A stretch of DNA of 64,000 nucleotides from Prochlorococcus sp. AG-402-G06 (lineage in GTDB: Bacteria > Cyanobacteriota > Cyanobacteriia > PCC-6307 > Cyanobiaceae). The translations under genes and the position numbers were made by a program. Shown one piece after another: positions 20,928 to 30,980 of this stretch. Position 1 is the stretch's first letter. The number at the start of each line of letters is the position of its first letter. The stretch covers positions 36,396 through 100,395 of the forward strand of contig QCHR01000004.1 of NCBI GenBank assembly GCA_003277985.1. Reading direction: 5' to 3'. The notes under the pieces are model-generated. The model was not told where the DNA came from and searched no databases. It saw nothing but the letters and a program-made list of their open reading frames with translations.

Positions 20928-21704
20928 TTATTTTAGGTCAAAAAGAATATTATTTATATAGCTTTCAGTCCATTTCTCCCCAAAAAAGCCTCTTAACATA
21001 CCTCTTGCAGGATCTTTTTCCGCTCGATATCGCATATATTTTTTCTGACCGTTAAATAGTTCAAAAGATCTTTCCTTTGAAATCATCTTTGCATCTATAA
21101 CTAAATCGAAGAAACAATTCAGGTATTCATCAAAAGCAGGTTTAATTATCTGGCTAATTAATTTGTCACCTTCTTCTCCTAATGGAATCCTAGACCAAAG
21201 AAAAGCAGGAGAAAAGTATTGTCTAGACTCAGAAGGGATCTCACCTCCCGAGGGAAGTTTAAATTGCCATTTAGCATGTATAGGTTTTAATTTATCCCAA
21301 ACATGTTGAGTGTGTTTTGTATCATCTTTTAAAGCAGGTTGAAGATCTAATGCAATAAGATGTCCATTTGGAAGTGTAACAAAATCAGCTCCAAAAAAAG
21401 GCAAATCATAATGATTTAAGGGTGTGATTACCAAATTCATTACAGAGGTAATTTCACCAGCTTGTAGGCAAGCACATCTAGCCTGACGTATTTTTTCCGT
21501 CTTAAGACTCCATGTTTCCAAAAAAACTTTTTTAGGATTCGAACTTGAACCAAAAAGAGATTCTCTAAAAAGAAAATCATTCTTTATTGGATAAGGTCTA
21601 GGTTTAAAAATAGAAAACGCCTTAATAGTTTCATCCAAGAAATAAGCCCAACGCCAATTACTTATTGAAATAGGATCAAGACTATTATTTCGATTACTTT
21701 GCAT
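20928..21704 (-). CDS. pebB: Phycoerythrobilin:ferredoxin oxidoreductase
   Basis: Ferredoxin-dependent bilin reductase motifs DLPFFGADFVTLP, YFSP, YRAEKDPARGML; follows pebA. Confidence 0.9.
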   Translation of the reverse strand: MQSNRNNSLDPISISNWRWAYFLDETIKAFSIFKPRPYPIKNDFLFRESLFGSSSNPKKVFLETWSLKTEKIRQARCACLQAGEITSVMNLVITPLNHYDLPFFGADFVTLPNGHLIALDLQPALKDDTKHTQHVWDKLKPIHAKWQFKLPSGGEIPSESRQYFSPAFLWSRIPLGEEGDKLISQIIKPAFDEYLNCFFDLVIDAKMISKERSFELFNGQKKYMRYRAEKDPARGMLRGFFGEKWTESYINNILFDLK

Positions 21705-21711
21705 TTTAAAA

Positions 21712-22434
21712 CTAAAATGAAGAATTAATGTCTTCTAAACTTAAAGGGAATAAAAATTCTTTCATATATTTCTCCGACCACTCTTTGCCAAAAAAGCCAG
21801 AAAATAAACCATGAGCAGGATCTTTTTCAGAACTATATCTATCATAATCTATATGCAATAAGCTGACCTTTTTAGATGTAATATGATTTTCATTATCTTT
21901 AGCAAAATCAAGATTTACCCAGTAATATTTAAGGAAAGAACTAAAAACTTTTGGTAAAATATTTTCCAATTCAAAATTACTACCCTTGCAAAATAGAGCC
22001 CATGGAGAGAAGTACTTAGTGGGATCATATATATTACTTTTAATATCAGAGTTAAACTCATTAAAACTTTTTTTAAGGCTTTTCAAACCATCAAAGTATC
22101 TATCAAAATATTCTTTTTCTTGAACAAGAGGTTGAAAATCAAGAATAGCAATTAGCTTTTGTTTTTTCCCAAACCACAAAAGATCAATACCCATAATTGG
22201 CATATCATTTTTCTCATTAGGATAAGCAACTGAATTTAATACTTGAAGACGGTCTCCAGCATCTAATCTAGTCACTCTCCATCTTCTAAATTCAGGGACA
22301 TCCCATAACCAGCTATTCAGTTTACAGTTACCTTTTTTAGATAAACGTTCACAAAATTCATTCGGAACAACCAACTTCTTACCGCCATGTTCAAGAATAT
22401 TTTTTGTTAACTCATTTAAAAGATCGTCAAACAT
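21712..22434 (-). CDS. pebA: 15,16-dihydrobiliverdin:ferredoxin oxidoreductase
   Basis: FRRWRVTRLDAG..LQVLNSVAYP, ILDFQPL, DPAHGLF; AAGGAG RBS upstream. Confidence 0.92.
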   Translation of the reverse strand: MFDDLLNELTKNILEHGGKKLVVPNEFCERLSKKGNCKLNSWLWDVPEFRRWRVTRLDAGDRLQVLNSVAYPNEKNDMPIMGIDLLWFGKKQKLIAILDFQPLVQEKEYFDRYFDGLKSLKKSFNEFNSDIKSNIYDPTKYFSPWALFCKGSNFELENILPKVFSSFLKYYWVNLDFAKDNENHITSKKVSLLHIDYDRYSSEKDPAHGLFSGFFGKEWSEKYMKEFLFPLSLEDINSSF

Positions 22435-22593
22435 ATACAGTTATCTCCTTCGAGAATTTAATAATTTACTCTCAATTAAAGTAATTGAATCAGATAAGAA
22501 GAATAAATACAAAACTTTTAGACTCTTCTAATAGGCATCCTAATAGATACTGAATATAAATAAAGCAATAGTCTTGAGAAAATATTAATTTCA

Positions 22594-23301
22594 TTACTCT
22601 GTACTACCTTTTCGCTTTTTATTTGCAAAGAAACTAAATAAAACTTTTCCTATAGCGGCAATTAAATTTCCTTCCAACTCATTAAAAATATCCATATTGT
22701 ATTTAAAAGATCTATTAGCCTCTTCAACAATTGAATCTGCTATCTTTTGATCAATTGGAAGATTATCTAAAGTATTTCGATACTTAATTTTAAATTCTTT
22801 TTCATCTCTAATTTCCTCAAAAATATAAAAGCTAAGTCCATCATCACCAGGGAGATTCATCGCTTTTTTCGTGATGGTTTTTAAAAGTTGTCCCCCAGAC
22901 AAGTCACCTATATATCGGCTGTAATGATGACCTATCAGAAGTTCAGGATTATCTTTGGCGATTTCTCTAATTCTTGCTTCATATTCAATAGCTGGTCTGG
23001 AGGGTCTTACCAATTCAGACCAATTACTACCAAAGTAAAACGACAAATCCTCTTCCAATTTTTCCTTGCGAAAAAGCTCTTTAAATCCAATTGGAGAAAT
23101 TATGGGGTGGGAGTTCTCGCAAAGTTTTCCTATCTCTTCCTCCATAGCAGAATAAACAAAATATAAATCAGCTAATAAATTTCTGTATGAGGACTTATCA
23201 ACTACTCCCTTAAGAAAACAACTTATAAAACCTGTATTTTCAGCCATCGTATGAGACTTTTTAGTCCCTTCACGAAGTTGCCTAGCCAAGGCTACTGCCA
23301 T
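22594..23301 (-). CDS. ho1: Heme oxygenase
   Basis: LREGTKKSHTMAEN, H.Y.RYIGDLSGGQ, EANRSF..N. Confidence 0.94.
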   Translation of the reverse strand: MAVALARQLREGTKKSHTMAENTGFISCFLKGVVDKSSYRNLLADLYFVYSAMEEEIGKLCENSHPIISPIGFKELFRKEKLEEDLSFYFGSNWSELVRPSRPAIEYEARIREIAKDNPELLIGHHYSRYIGDLSGGQLLKTITKKAMNLPGDDGLSFYIFEEIRDEKEFKIKYRNTLDNLPIDQKIADSIVEEANRSFKYNMDIFNELEGNLIAAIGKVLFSFFANKKRKGSTE

Positions 23302-23382
23302 GAGTTCACAATCATTTAATCAAAACTTACCACTTAGACATAAGCTCAACATTATAGATCTATTAATCGCTGCATAAAAATT

Positions 23383-24807
23383 ATGGCAAATTTTGAAAAG
23401 CTCACTGCGCCATCAGAAGGTCAAAGAATTACTTTTGTTGATGGAAACCCAGTAGTACCAAACCATCCAATCATTCCATTTATCAGAGGTGATGGAACAG
23501 GGATAGATATTTGGCCTGCTACACAATTAGTAATCGATAAAGCCATTGAAAAAGCTTATGGAAAAAATCGATCCATTAAATGGTTCAAAATTTATGCAGG
23601 TGATGAAGCTTGTGACTTGTATGGGACTTATCAATACTTACCAAACGACACTCTTGAAGCGATAAGAACTTACGGGATAGCAATCAAAGGCCCCCTAACA
23701 ACCCCTGTAGGTGGAGGGATTAGATCTTTAAACGTATCTCTAAGACAGATTTTTGATTTATATTCATGCGTTAGACCTTGTAAATATTACGAAGGGACTC
23801 CCAGCCCTCATAAAAAGCCGGAAGATTTGGATGTAATTGTGTATCGAGAAAATACCGAAGATATTTATATGGGAATTGAATGGGAATCGGATGATCCCGA
23901 ATGCATCAAATTGATTGATAAACTCAACAATGAGATAATTCCAGCCAGTCAAAAACTAAAAAACAGGAAAATTCCTCATGGCGCAGGAATTGGAATTAAA
24001 CCGGTTAGCAAAAGTGGTAGTCAAAGACATATCAGACGAGCGATTAAACATGCACTCACTCTGAAGGGGAGCAAAAGGCATGTGACATTAGTTCATAAGG
24101 GAAACATCATGAAATTTACTGAAGGAGCTTTCAGAGATTGGGGATACGAATTAGCAACCACAGAATTCAGGAATGAATGCGTAACCGAGAGAGAAAGTTG
24201 GATTTTAGAAAACTTAGAAAAGAATCCTCTCATCTCCTACGAAGAGAATGCTGAGTTGATTGATCCAGGTTTTTCATCTTTAACAGAAGAGAAAAAGAAA
24301 GCAATTTGTGATGAAGTTTGTTCAGTTCTAACAAATATTGGTAGTAGTCATGGCAACGGAAAATGGAAGAATATGGTTATGGTTGATGACCGAATAGCAG
24401 ATAGTATTTTTCAGCAGATTCAAACTCGTCCTCAGGAGTATTCCATACTTGCAACTCTCAATCTAAATGGTGATTACATTTCAGATGCGGCGGCTGCAAT
24501 TGTTGGTGGTTTGGGGATGGCACCAGGAGCAAACATTGGAGATAGGGCGGCTATTTTCGAAGCAACACATGGAACAGCGCCAAAGCATGCGGGCTTAGAC
24601 AAAATCAATCCAGGTTCAGTAATACTTAGTGGAGTAATGATGCTGGAATATTTAGGTTGGGACGAGGCCGCAAAATTAATTACAAATGGATTGAGCAAAT
24701 CTATTTCAGATAAACAAGTTACTTACGATCTTGCACGATTAATGGAACCAGGCGTAGAGCCTCTTAGTTGTAGTGATTTTGCTAAATCAATTGTTGAAAG
24801 ATTTTAA
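23383..24807 (+). CDS. icd: NADP-dependent isocitrate dehydrogenase
   Basis: GDGTG, KGPLTTPVGGGIRSLNV, VHKGNIMK, NLNGDYISD, EATHGTAPK. Confidence 0.96.
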   Translation: MANFEKLTAPSEGQRITFVDGNPVVPNHPIIPFIRGDGTGIDIWPATQLVIDKAIEKAYGKNRSIKWFKIYAGDEACDLYGTYQYLPNDTLEAIRTYGIAIKGPLTTPVGGGIRSLNVSLRQIFDLYSCVRPCKYYEGTPSPHKKPEDLDVIVYRENTEDIYMGIEWESDDPECIKLIDKLNNEIIPASQKLKNRKIPHGAGIGIKPVSKSGSQRHIRRAIKHALTLKGSKRHVTLVHKGNIMKFTEGAFRDWGYELATTEFRNECVTERESWILENLEKNPLISYEENAELIDPGFSSLTEEKKKAICDEVCSVLTNIGSSHGNGKWKNMVMVDDRIADSIFQQIQTRPQEYSILATLNLNGDYISDAAAAIVGGLGMAPGANIGDRAAIFEATHGTAPKHAGLDKINPGSVILSGVMMLEYLGWDEAAKLITNGLSKSISDKQVTYDLARLMEPGVEPLSCSDFAKSIVERF

Positions 24808-24835
24808 TTAAATATTGTTTAGCGTTTTTCAACAA

Positions 24836-26188
24836 TTAAGAATTTGACTCCATCAATCTAAATGATTCTAGAAGTGTTTTCTCATCGCCCAGATTACCTG
24901 GGAAAGTAACTACTGGTAAATTATATTGATCGGAATTACTTGTCACTATTGATAATCCTGGCAATATTTGGCCTTTTAAATCTACTTGTTTAAAATTCAA
25001 TCCTTTTTGTAGCAGAATTTGTGTTGTAATACCTCCTTTACTAATAATATAGCCCAACTTGTTAGTTATTTTTCTAACTAGAATTGCCATAAACTCTGCT
25101 AGTTCAAGTCCAAAATTCATTCTTTTAGCGTAAGAAGAAAACTGCATTTCTTCACGAGATGTATATAAAACAGGTACTTTTTTTATATCCAAAATTTCAT
25201 CTATTTTTGATAATAAAATATTCTCTAACTCAAAGATTGCATGTTTACAATCTTCTAAAGTAAAAATTTCAGCTAATTTACTGACTGGTATTTCCAACCC
25301 TTCACAGGAATTATCTTTCAATAAAACCTCTAATTGATCTGACGCTAATTTCACATGGGAGCCAACCATTATCAAACCTGGCTTATATTTAAACTCATTA
25401 TTTCTCGATTTTAAAGATACTAAATCCGCAGTATCTTTTGGATTAGGTGGTAAGCCAGATAAAGAACTAATAAAGCTTGCTGCTGTTCTAAAAAGAAATC
25501 TTTTTTCATTAGAAATTTCTTTAATCGCCCTAACTAGTATTTCTAAATGATGAGGTAATTTAGCATCCACAACTACTGAAATATTATTTTCTAATTGAGA
25601 CAAAAAGTTTAAAAGAGATTTAAAACTATCTTCATTATTAAAAGCCATATCTAATTGTTTGATTTCAATATGCAAAATAGTTTCCGCCTGTATCTTCCCA
25701 AAACTTTTTTCTTCAATCCATTTAGCTAAATCACTAGTAGAAAATCCAAAAATTTTATCACGACCAAAATCAGTATTATGGACAGGTATCCCATTTAGAT
25801 AATGAATACCATTTTCAGTTATTCTTCCACCTTCCAAAAAAGCTGGAATGTGAAATGTTGCATGAAATGGTCCTAATTCTTCTGCGAGAATTTCAGGTTC
25901 CAAAACACCATGACCACGTAATGTCGAATCGCCTCTACTAATATAAAAATAATCATCTTTAGAATATCCCTGTCTTAAAAAAAACTTCTTAATAGATGAG
26001 CAGATTTCTCTAGTTTTCTTAACAGCTAAAACAGAAGATAAAGATCTTGTGTTCGCAAGTATAAATATTAAAGAGGAAGATTTTGTAAATGCTTTCTCTA
26101 GTGTTTGTTCATCCCAATTTAATAATAATGGACATCCATAAACAGTTTGAGATCCAGTTGGATCATCATCAAAAATAATTATTTTCAT
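24836..26188 (-). CDS. Four-carbon acid sugar kinase family protein (DUF1537 type)
   Basis: DDDPTGSQ, DSTLRGH, PAFLEGGR, GSHV, KGGITT, PGNLG. Confidence 0.85.
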   Translation of the reverse strand: MKIIIFDDDPTGSQTVYGCPLLLNWDEQTLEKAFTKSSSLIFILANTRSLSSVLAVKKTREICSSIKKFFLRQGYSKDDYFYISRGDSTLRGHGVLEPEILAEELGPFHATFHIPAFLEGGRITENGIHYLNGIPVHNTDFGRDKIFGFSTSDLAKWIEEKSFGKIQAETILHIEIKQLDMAFNNEDSFKSLLNFLSQLENNISVVVDAKLPHHLEILVRAIKEISNEKRFLFRTAASFISSLSGLPPNPKDTADLVSLKSRNNEFKYKPGLIMVGSHVKLASDQLEVLLKDNSCEGLEIPVSKLAEIFTLEDCKHAIFELENILLSKIDEILDIKKVPVLYTSREEMQFSSYAKRMNFGLELAEFMAILVRKITNKLGYIISKGGITTQILLQKGLNFKQVDLKGQILPGLSIVTSNSDQYNLPVVTFPGNLGDEKTLLESFRLMESNS

Positions 26189-26218
26189 AAAAAATTAATC
26201 TATTGTTTAATCCGAAAT

Positions 26219-27403
26219 TTATTCAAATCTCTCCCAGCTTTCAGGAACTTGAATATAAGATTTATTTAAATCTGCAACAGACTTACAACCCAATAATTTC
26301 ATAGTTCTCACTATATCTGTTTGAAGAATTTCTATTGCTCTAGCAACACCTTTTCCACCTGCAGCAGCAAGTCCATACGCATAGGCTCTACCTATCAAAA
26401 CTCCTTTGGCCCCAAGACATAATGCTTTAACAACATCACTACCCCTTCGAATACCTCCATCTAACAGCACATCTGTTTTCCCATCAACTGCAGCCAAGAT
26501 TTCGGGCAAAACACGAATCGTGGGAGCAACGCTATCAAGTTGCCTAGCTCCATGATTAGAAATAACAATCGCATCAGCACCTAGCTCTACCGCTTTTTGT
26601 GCGTCATCACCAATATGTATACCCTTAACAATAATTTTTCCACCCCACGCCTCGCGTATCCACTGAAGATCATCCCAAGTAACAACTGATTGTTCTAAAG
26701 CAGGACCAATTGCTTTGTATTCCATAGGGCCATCATCGAGTTGAACATTCGGAAAACTCATTAAGCCTCCATCACTTAACCATTGAGTCAACCAACATGG
26801 CTTAACTAATATTTGAGGAATATAAGGAAGCATCTGAAATGGATTTCTCGATAACAGCTGTTGGGTTCCTGATCGCATATCTCTTTCCCTCAATCCAGAT
26901 ACAGGTGTATCAATAGTCACAACTATTGCTGAAAATCCTGCCTCTTTTGCTCGGGCAATTGTTTTCAACGCAACTTCTTTACCACCTAGTAAATAAAGCT
27001 GATACCAAGCTGGTCCGTTTGTAGCAGCTTTAACATCTTCTAACAAACAACCTGAGAGAGTCGACAAAGTATATCCAGTCCCAGCTTTACCTGCCTCTCT
27101 AGCTGCAACAACTTCTCCCTGGGGATAGAACATTCTGCTACTCCCCACAGGTCCCAACAAGAAAGGAAGTTGAAAATTCTGGTCTAAAACAGATATTCCA
27201 AGATCACAAGATGGAACAGAGACTGCACATCTAGGTCTAAATAAAATTTCATTATATGCGTTGCTATTTTGTGAAAGTGTTTGTTCTCTATCTGCACCAC
27301 TATCTATATAGTTAAAAACCATTGCCGGTAAACGATTTTTAGCTCTAGACCTGAGGTCATCAATATTAAGTACACCTGGAGAGGAAACATCTGCTCCTAA
27401 CAT
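26219..27403 (-). CDS. FMN-dependent alpha-hydroxy acid dehydrogenase/oxidase (LldD/MdlB/GOX family)
   Basis: YIDSGA, WYQLY, TIDTPVSGLRERD, VKGI, SNHGARQLD, DGGIRRGSD, IGR. Confidence 0.92.
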   Translation of the reverse strand: MLGADVSSPGVLNIDDLRSRAKNRLPAMVFNYIDSGADREQTLSQNSNAYNEILFRPRCAVSVPSCDLGISVLDQNFQLPFLLGPVGSSRMFYPQGEVVAAREAGKAGTGYTLSTLSGCLLEDVKAATNGPAWYQLYLLGGKEVALKTIARAKEAGFSAIVVTIDTPVSGLRERDMRSGTQQLLSRNPFQMLPYIPQILVKPCWLTQWLSDGGLMSFPNVQLDDGPMEYKAIGPALEQSVVTWDDLQWIREAWGGKIIVKGIHIGDDAQKAVELGADAIVISNHGARQLDSVAPTIRVLPEILAAVDGKTDVLLDGGIRRGSDVVKALCLGAKGVLIGRAYAYGLAAAGGKGVARAIEILQTDIVRTMKLLGCKSVADLNKSYIQVPESWERFE

Positions 27404-27549
27404 TATTCATCACAAATTCATGAATGATGAATCTATTATATATTGATGATAGATTCAAAAACCAACAAAATATTGAAATATTTGTCATACAAAAATCTAT
27501 AAATTGGATTTAATTAGTTACAAACTATACTCCTCTAAAATCTAAATAA

Positions 27550-28407
27550 CTAAAAAGAATGATGTTTGAAAGTGGTAAATAATTCTATATACTCTTCTGG
27601 CTTAATTTCAAGTTTTCTATCTCCAGTTACCATTGCATTCCTTGGGCTTGTCCAAGGCTCAAGACAAACCATTTTTCTAGGAGGGTCAGTCCATATTACT
27701 GTTGTATCCATTGGCTCTTGATGGATTAATTCAATTACGCTCCTAGACAAAGAATCGACAAGTTTAACCGAACAAGAAGGATAGGAAAGAAAATCAACTC
27801 CTTTATCTAAAATCCTAATCTGGTCAGAAGCATTAGTCACTTTCATATTAGTTTGATCAATACATTTTTCAGGCAACCCATCTATCTTTATTTTTTTTAA
27901 ATTTGAAATCTGAAAATATGGATGCATACCAAAACAAAAGGGCATGGAATCATGACCTTGATTATAAATTTTAACGGATATTTGAAGACTTTTTTCTTTC
28001 AAGTAAACATCCATCAAAAGAGTAAAGAAAAAAGGAAAATAAGAACGTGATTCTTTTGAATCACTTAGTTTTAGCCTTATGCCTAATTTATCTTTTAATA
28101 AACCAATTGACCAAGGTAAATCTCTTGCAAAACCATGTTGTTTTATAAAATATTTCTTTCCACCAATTAAATAGCCTTCAGATAAATCACCGCATATAGG
28201 AAAAAGTATAGGTATGCCTCCTCTGACACTTTTATCTTTATCAAGAAAACGCTCTAAATCGAAGTACAAAAGTTCTTTCCCGGCACTTCGCCATTCAGTG
28301 ATCAATCCCCCTCTTTCTGGGACAATTCTTATTAATGAATCGAATTCTGGATTTGAATATTCCCAGTGAGGATAGGGATTTGTCTTTTTGTCGAAACTGA
28401 CCGCCAT
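27550..28407 (-). CDS. Aldose 1-epimerase (galactose mutarotase) family protein
   Basis: PERGG, RGGIPILFP, QHGFAR, GMHPYF, CLEPWT. Confidence 0.88.
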   Translation of the reverse strand: MAVSFDKKTNPYPHWEYSNPEFDSLIRIVPERGGLITEWRSAGKELLYFDLERFLDKDKSVRGGIPILFPICGDLSEGYLIGGKKYFIKQHGFARDLPWSIGLLKDKLGIRLKLSDSKESRSYFPFFFTLLMDVYLKEKSLQISVKIYNQGHDSMPFCFGMHPYFQISNLKKIKIDGLPEKCIDQTNMKVTNASDQIRILDKGVDFLSYPSCSVKLVDSLSRSVIELIHQEPMDTTVIWTDPPRKMVCLEPWTSPRNAMVTGDRKLEIKPEEYIELFTTFKHHSF

Positions 28408-28410
28408 CGA

Positions 28411-29322
28411 TTAAAGCTGTTTAATCCATTCTAAAAGAGCAGAATTAACCTTATCGGGAACTTCATCATGTGGGCAATGGCCAGCATCTAAAACAACTTC
28501 TTTTGTATTTTCAGGTGTGTGTTTTTTATAAGTAGCTCTTTTGCCAGGTGCATTCATCCAGGGATCTCTATTACCCCATAGCAATAACAATGGAGACTTT
28601 AGCTGAGCGAATAACTCATCAAGAGGTCTCCCCTGAGGTCCTGCAGGATCAAAAACACTTTTGAAGACATTAAAAGCACCCGCATCTAATGATGGTTTTC
28701 GGATCGCTTCAACTAGTTCATCATCAACGTTTGATGTGTCAATATAAACTTGATTTAAAGTACGTTTAATTGTTGAGGGCTGTCTAAGATTTTCAAAAAT
28801 TATTCTTTGCAAAAGAGCATTTTTGAGAAAGATACCAGCAACAGTTTTTCTAGCAGTAGCCCAAAATCCATTAGTTGGTTTCTTATCTTCACTGAAATAA
28901 CCAGCAGCATTTAATAAAACTACACCTGCTGCCTCTGCTCCCAAAGCAGCACCACTAGCAAGCGCGGCATAACCTCCTAAGGAGTTGCCAACCAGTATTG
29001 TTGGTCTCCCAATATTTTCTTTAATGTAAGAAACTATTTGATCTTTCCAAAGTGGACCTCCATAAGAAAGGCCAACAGGTTTAGAGCTTTTACCAAATCC
29101 AAGAAGATCTAAAGCGTGAACTTCATATTGCTTTCCCAGTACTGGTAAGTTGTGCCTCCAATGTGTTGTAGAGGCACCAAAGCCATGTATTAAAAGGATT
29201 GCTGGCCCTTTTTCATCATCTGTTTTATTTTTATGATCTTCAGGAATAATGCTCAGACTATGAACAGAATGTCCTAAGAATTTCCAATCAGAAAGATTTT
29301 TTTCTACTACTGAGGAAACCAT
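28411..29322 (-). CDS. Alpha/beta-fold hydrolase
   Basis: LIHGFGAS, DLLGFG, GNSLGG nucleophile elbow, GHCPHDE. Confidence 0.9.
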   Translation of the reverse strand: MVSSVVEKNLSDWKFLGHSVHSLSIIPEDHKNKTDDEKGPAILLIHGFGASTTHWRHNLPVLGKQYEVHALDLLGFGKSSKPVGLSYGGPLWKDQIVSYIKENIGRPTILVGNSLGGYAALASGAALGAEAAGVVLLNAAGYFSEDKKPTNGFWATARKTVAGIFLKNALLQRIIFENLRQPSTIKRTLNQVYIDTSNVDDELVEAIRKPSLDAGAFNVFKSVFDPAGPQGRPLDELFAQLKSPLLLLWGNRDPWMNAPGKRATYKKHTPENTKEVVLDAGHCPHDEVPDKVNSALLEWIKQL

Positions 29323-29442
29323 TTAAGAATAATCTTATACTTACAGATCCTAGTAAATCATTGATAGAAATAGATTAGTTATTTTATTTCTTTTTTTCGA
29401 AATTTCCTCACCTTTTTGAAAAGAGTTTTAAATAGTTTCTCT

Positions 29443-30816
29443 CTAAACTAATCCTACCGGATCAGCTGCAACCTCATCAGGAATAGAATTACCTCCTGAA
29501 GGGGGTTTATCTTTCAAAACAACTCTTAGCAAAACAGGAGCCAAGAATGTTGTTCCAATAACCATTAATAATATTGCAGCCTCAAGTGAAGGCGTAAGCA
29601 AACCAGCACTTGTTCCTAATCCTAAGAAAATCAATCCGACCTCCCCTCGAGGCATCATTCCCAAGCCAACTACTAATCTATTTGTTGGTTTATCAATTAC
29701 GAAGCACCAGCCAGCAGCAATTTTCCCAACAATTGCAACTATAAATAAGAAACCAGCAACAATTAGAGCTGACCGGCTCTGGGGATCAAGAGGATTAATT
29801 ACAGAAAGATCCATACCTGCTCCAACAAGCACAAAGAAAATAGTTGCAAATAACGATACCAATGGCAAAACAGATTGTTGAATTGCGTGATTATTTTTTG
29901 AACTACTTAGTATTAATCCAGCAGCAAAAGCACCCAAAGCAGCTTCTAAACCAATAGCAGTAGCTACAAAACAGCTTAAGACTAATATGACGAAAGAAGC
30001 CACAACTACTGCTCCAGGAGCTTTAAGTCTTTCAAGCAACCAATCAAAGGCTGGAGCAGCTGTTCGACTCAAAGCAATAGCAGCAAATACAAAAACAGTT
30101 GCAGCCAGAACCAATTTGACAATAGGAGCAATTTGCAAGGATCCTCCCGTTGCAAGAGCGACTACAACGGCAAGAATAACAATACCGAGTATGTCATCTA
30201 ATACTGCTGCTCCAATAACAATTTGACCCTCACGAGTTTTTAAATAGCCAAGCTCACCAAAAACGCTTGCCGTAATACCTATGCTCGTCGCGGTCATAGA
30301 GGCGCCAGCAAATATTGCGGGAATTATATCTACTTGAAAAATAAACATCAATCCAAAAGTTCCAAAAGCAAAAGGTAAAATCACTCCTGCCATTGCGACA
30401 GTGAAAGCTTGGGCTCCAACTGCTACTAGTTCCTCTAATTCACTTTCCAAACCGGTAAGAAATAACAACGCGTATAGCCCTAAAGTTGCTACTGCTTGCA
30501 ATGATGGAAAAGTTTCAAAATAAATATCCGGGACTGCTTCTTTGGGCACTGAAGCAAGTGTGCTAATAACAGAAACAAAACCTTGATTCAATTCAGCATG
30601 AGCACTTGGCGGCAATAGAAGATGTAAACCTGAGGCCCCAATTAAAACTCCCGCAAGAAGTTCGCCCACAATTGTAGGCAAACTTAGCCGAACCAAGATT
30701 TCAGCCAAAGTCCTTGCTGCTACGAAGATCATTAAAAAATTAATGACCCCTATAAGTGTTTCGGCAACCTCAACATCATGCGTATTTAGGGCTGAGACTA
30801 AAGGAGTTAATACCAT
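29443..30816 (-). CDS. Cation:proton antiporter, CPA2 family (NhaS3-like)
   Basis: VGELLAG, LFLTGLES, ATSIGIT, AAVLDDILG, GMMPRGEV. Confidence 0.9.
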   Translation of the reverse strand: MVLTPLVSALNTHDVEVAETLIGVINFLMIFVAARTLAEILVRLSLPTIVGELLAGVLIGASGLHLLLPPSAHAELNQGFVSVISTLASVPKEAVPDIYFETFPSLQAVATLGLYALLFLTGLESELEELVAVGAQAFTVAMAGVILPFAFGTFGLMFIFQVDIIPAIFAGASMTATSIGITASVFGELGYLKTREGQIVIGAAVLDDILGIVILAVVVALATGGSLQIAPIVKLVLAATVFVFAAIALSRTAAPAFDWLLERLKAPGAVVVASFVILVLSCFVATAIGLEAALGAFAAGLILSSSKNNHAIQQSVLPLVSLFATIFFVLVGAGMDLSVINPLDPQSRSALIVAGFLFIVAIVGKIAAGWCFVIDKPTNRLVVGLGMMPRGEVGLIFLGLGTSAGLLTPSLEAAILLMVIGTTFLAPVLLRVVLKDKPPSGGNSIPDEVAADPVGLV

Positions 30817-30980
30817 CAGGTTTTCTAGAAAAGCCTTTTCTTTAAGACATAAATTACCTAATCACAGGGCATATTTGGCATAAGTATCAAAGGTGACTTA
30901 ATTAATAAGGTGTGGATCTGAAGTTACTGACAGCTTACTTAAGAGATATTGGCTAGCGTCCAAAAACATTTGATGCCCTT

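Noticed and set aside
20928-23301. Phycoerythrobilin genes in a lineage without phycobilisomes
   Set aside because: ho1-pebA-pebB is an established part of the Prochlorococcus genome.
30880-30900. GTA-N8-GAC near-NtcA site upstream of glgP
   Set aside because: It has a mismatch in a core position and is indistinguishable from chance.
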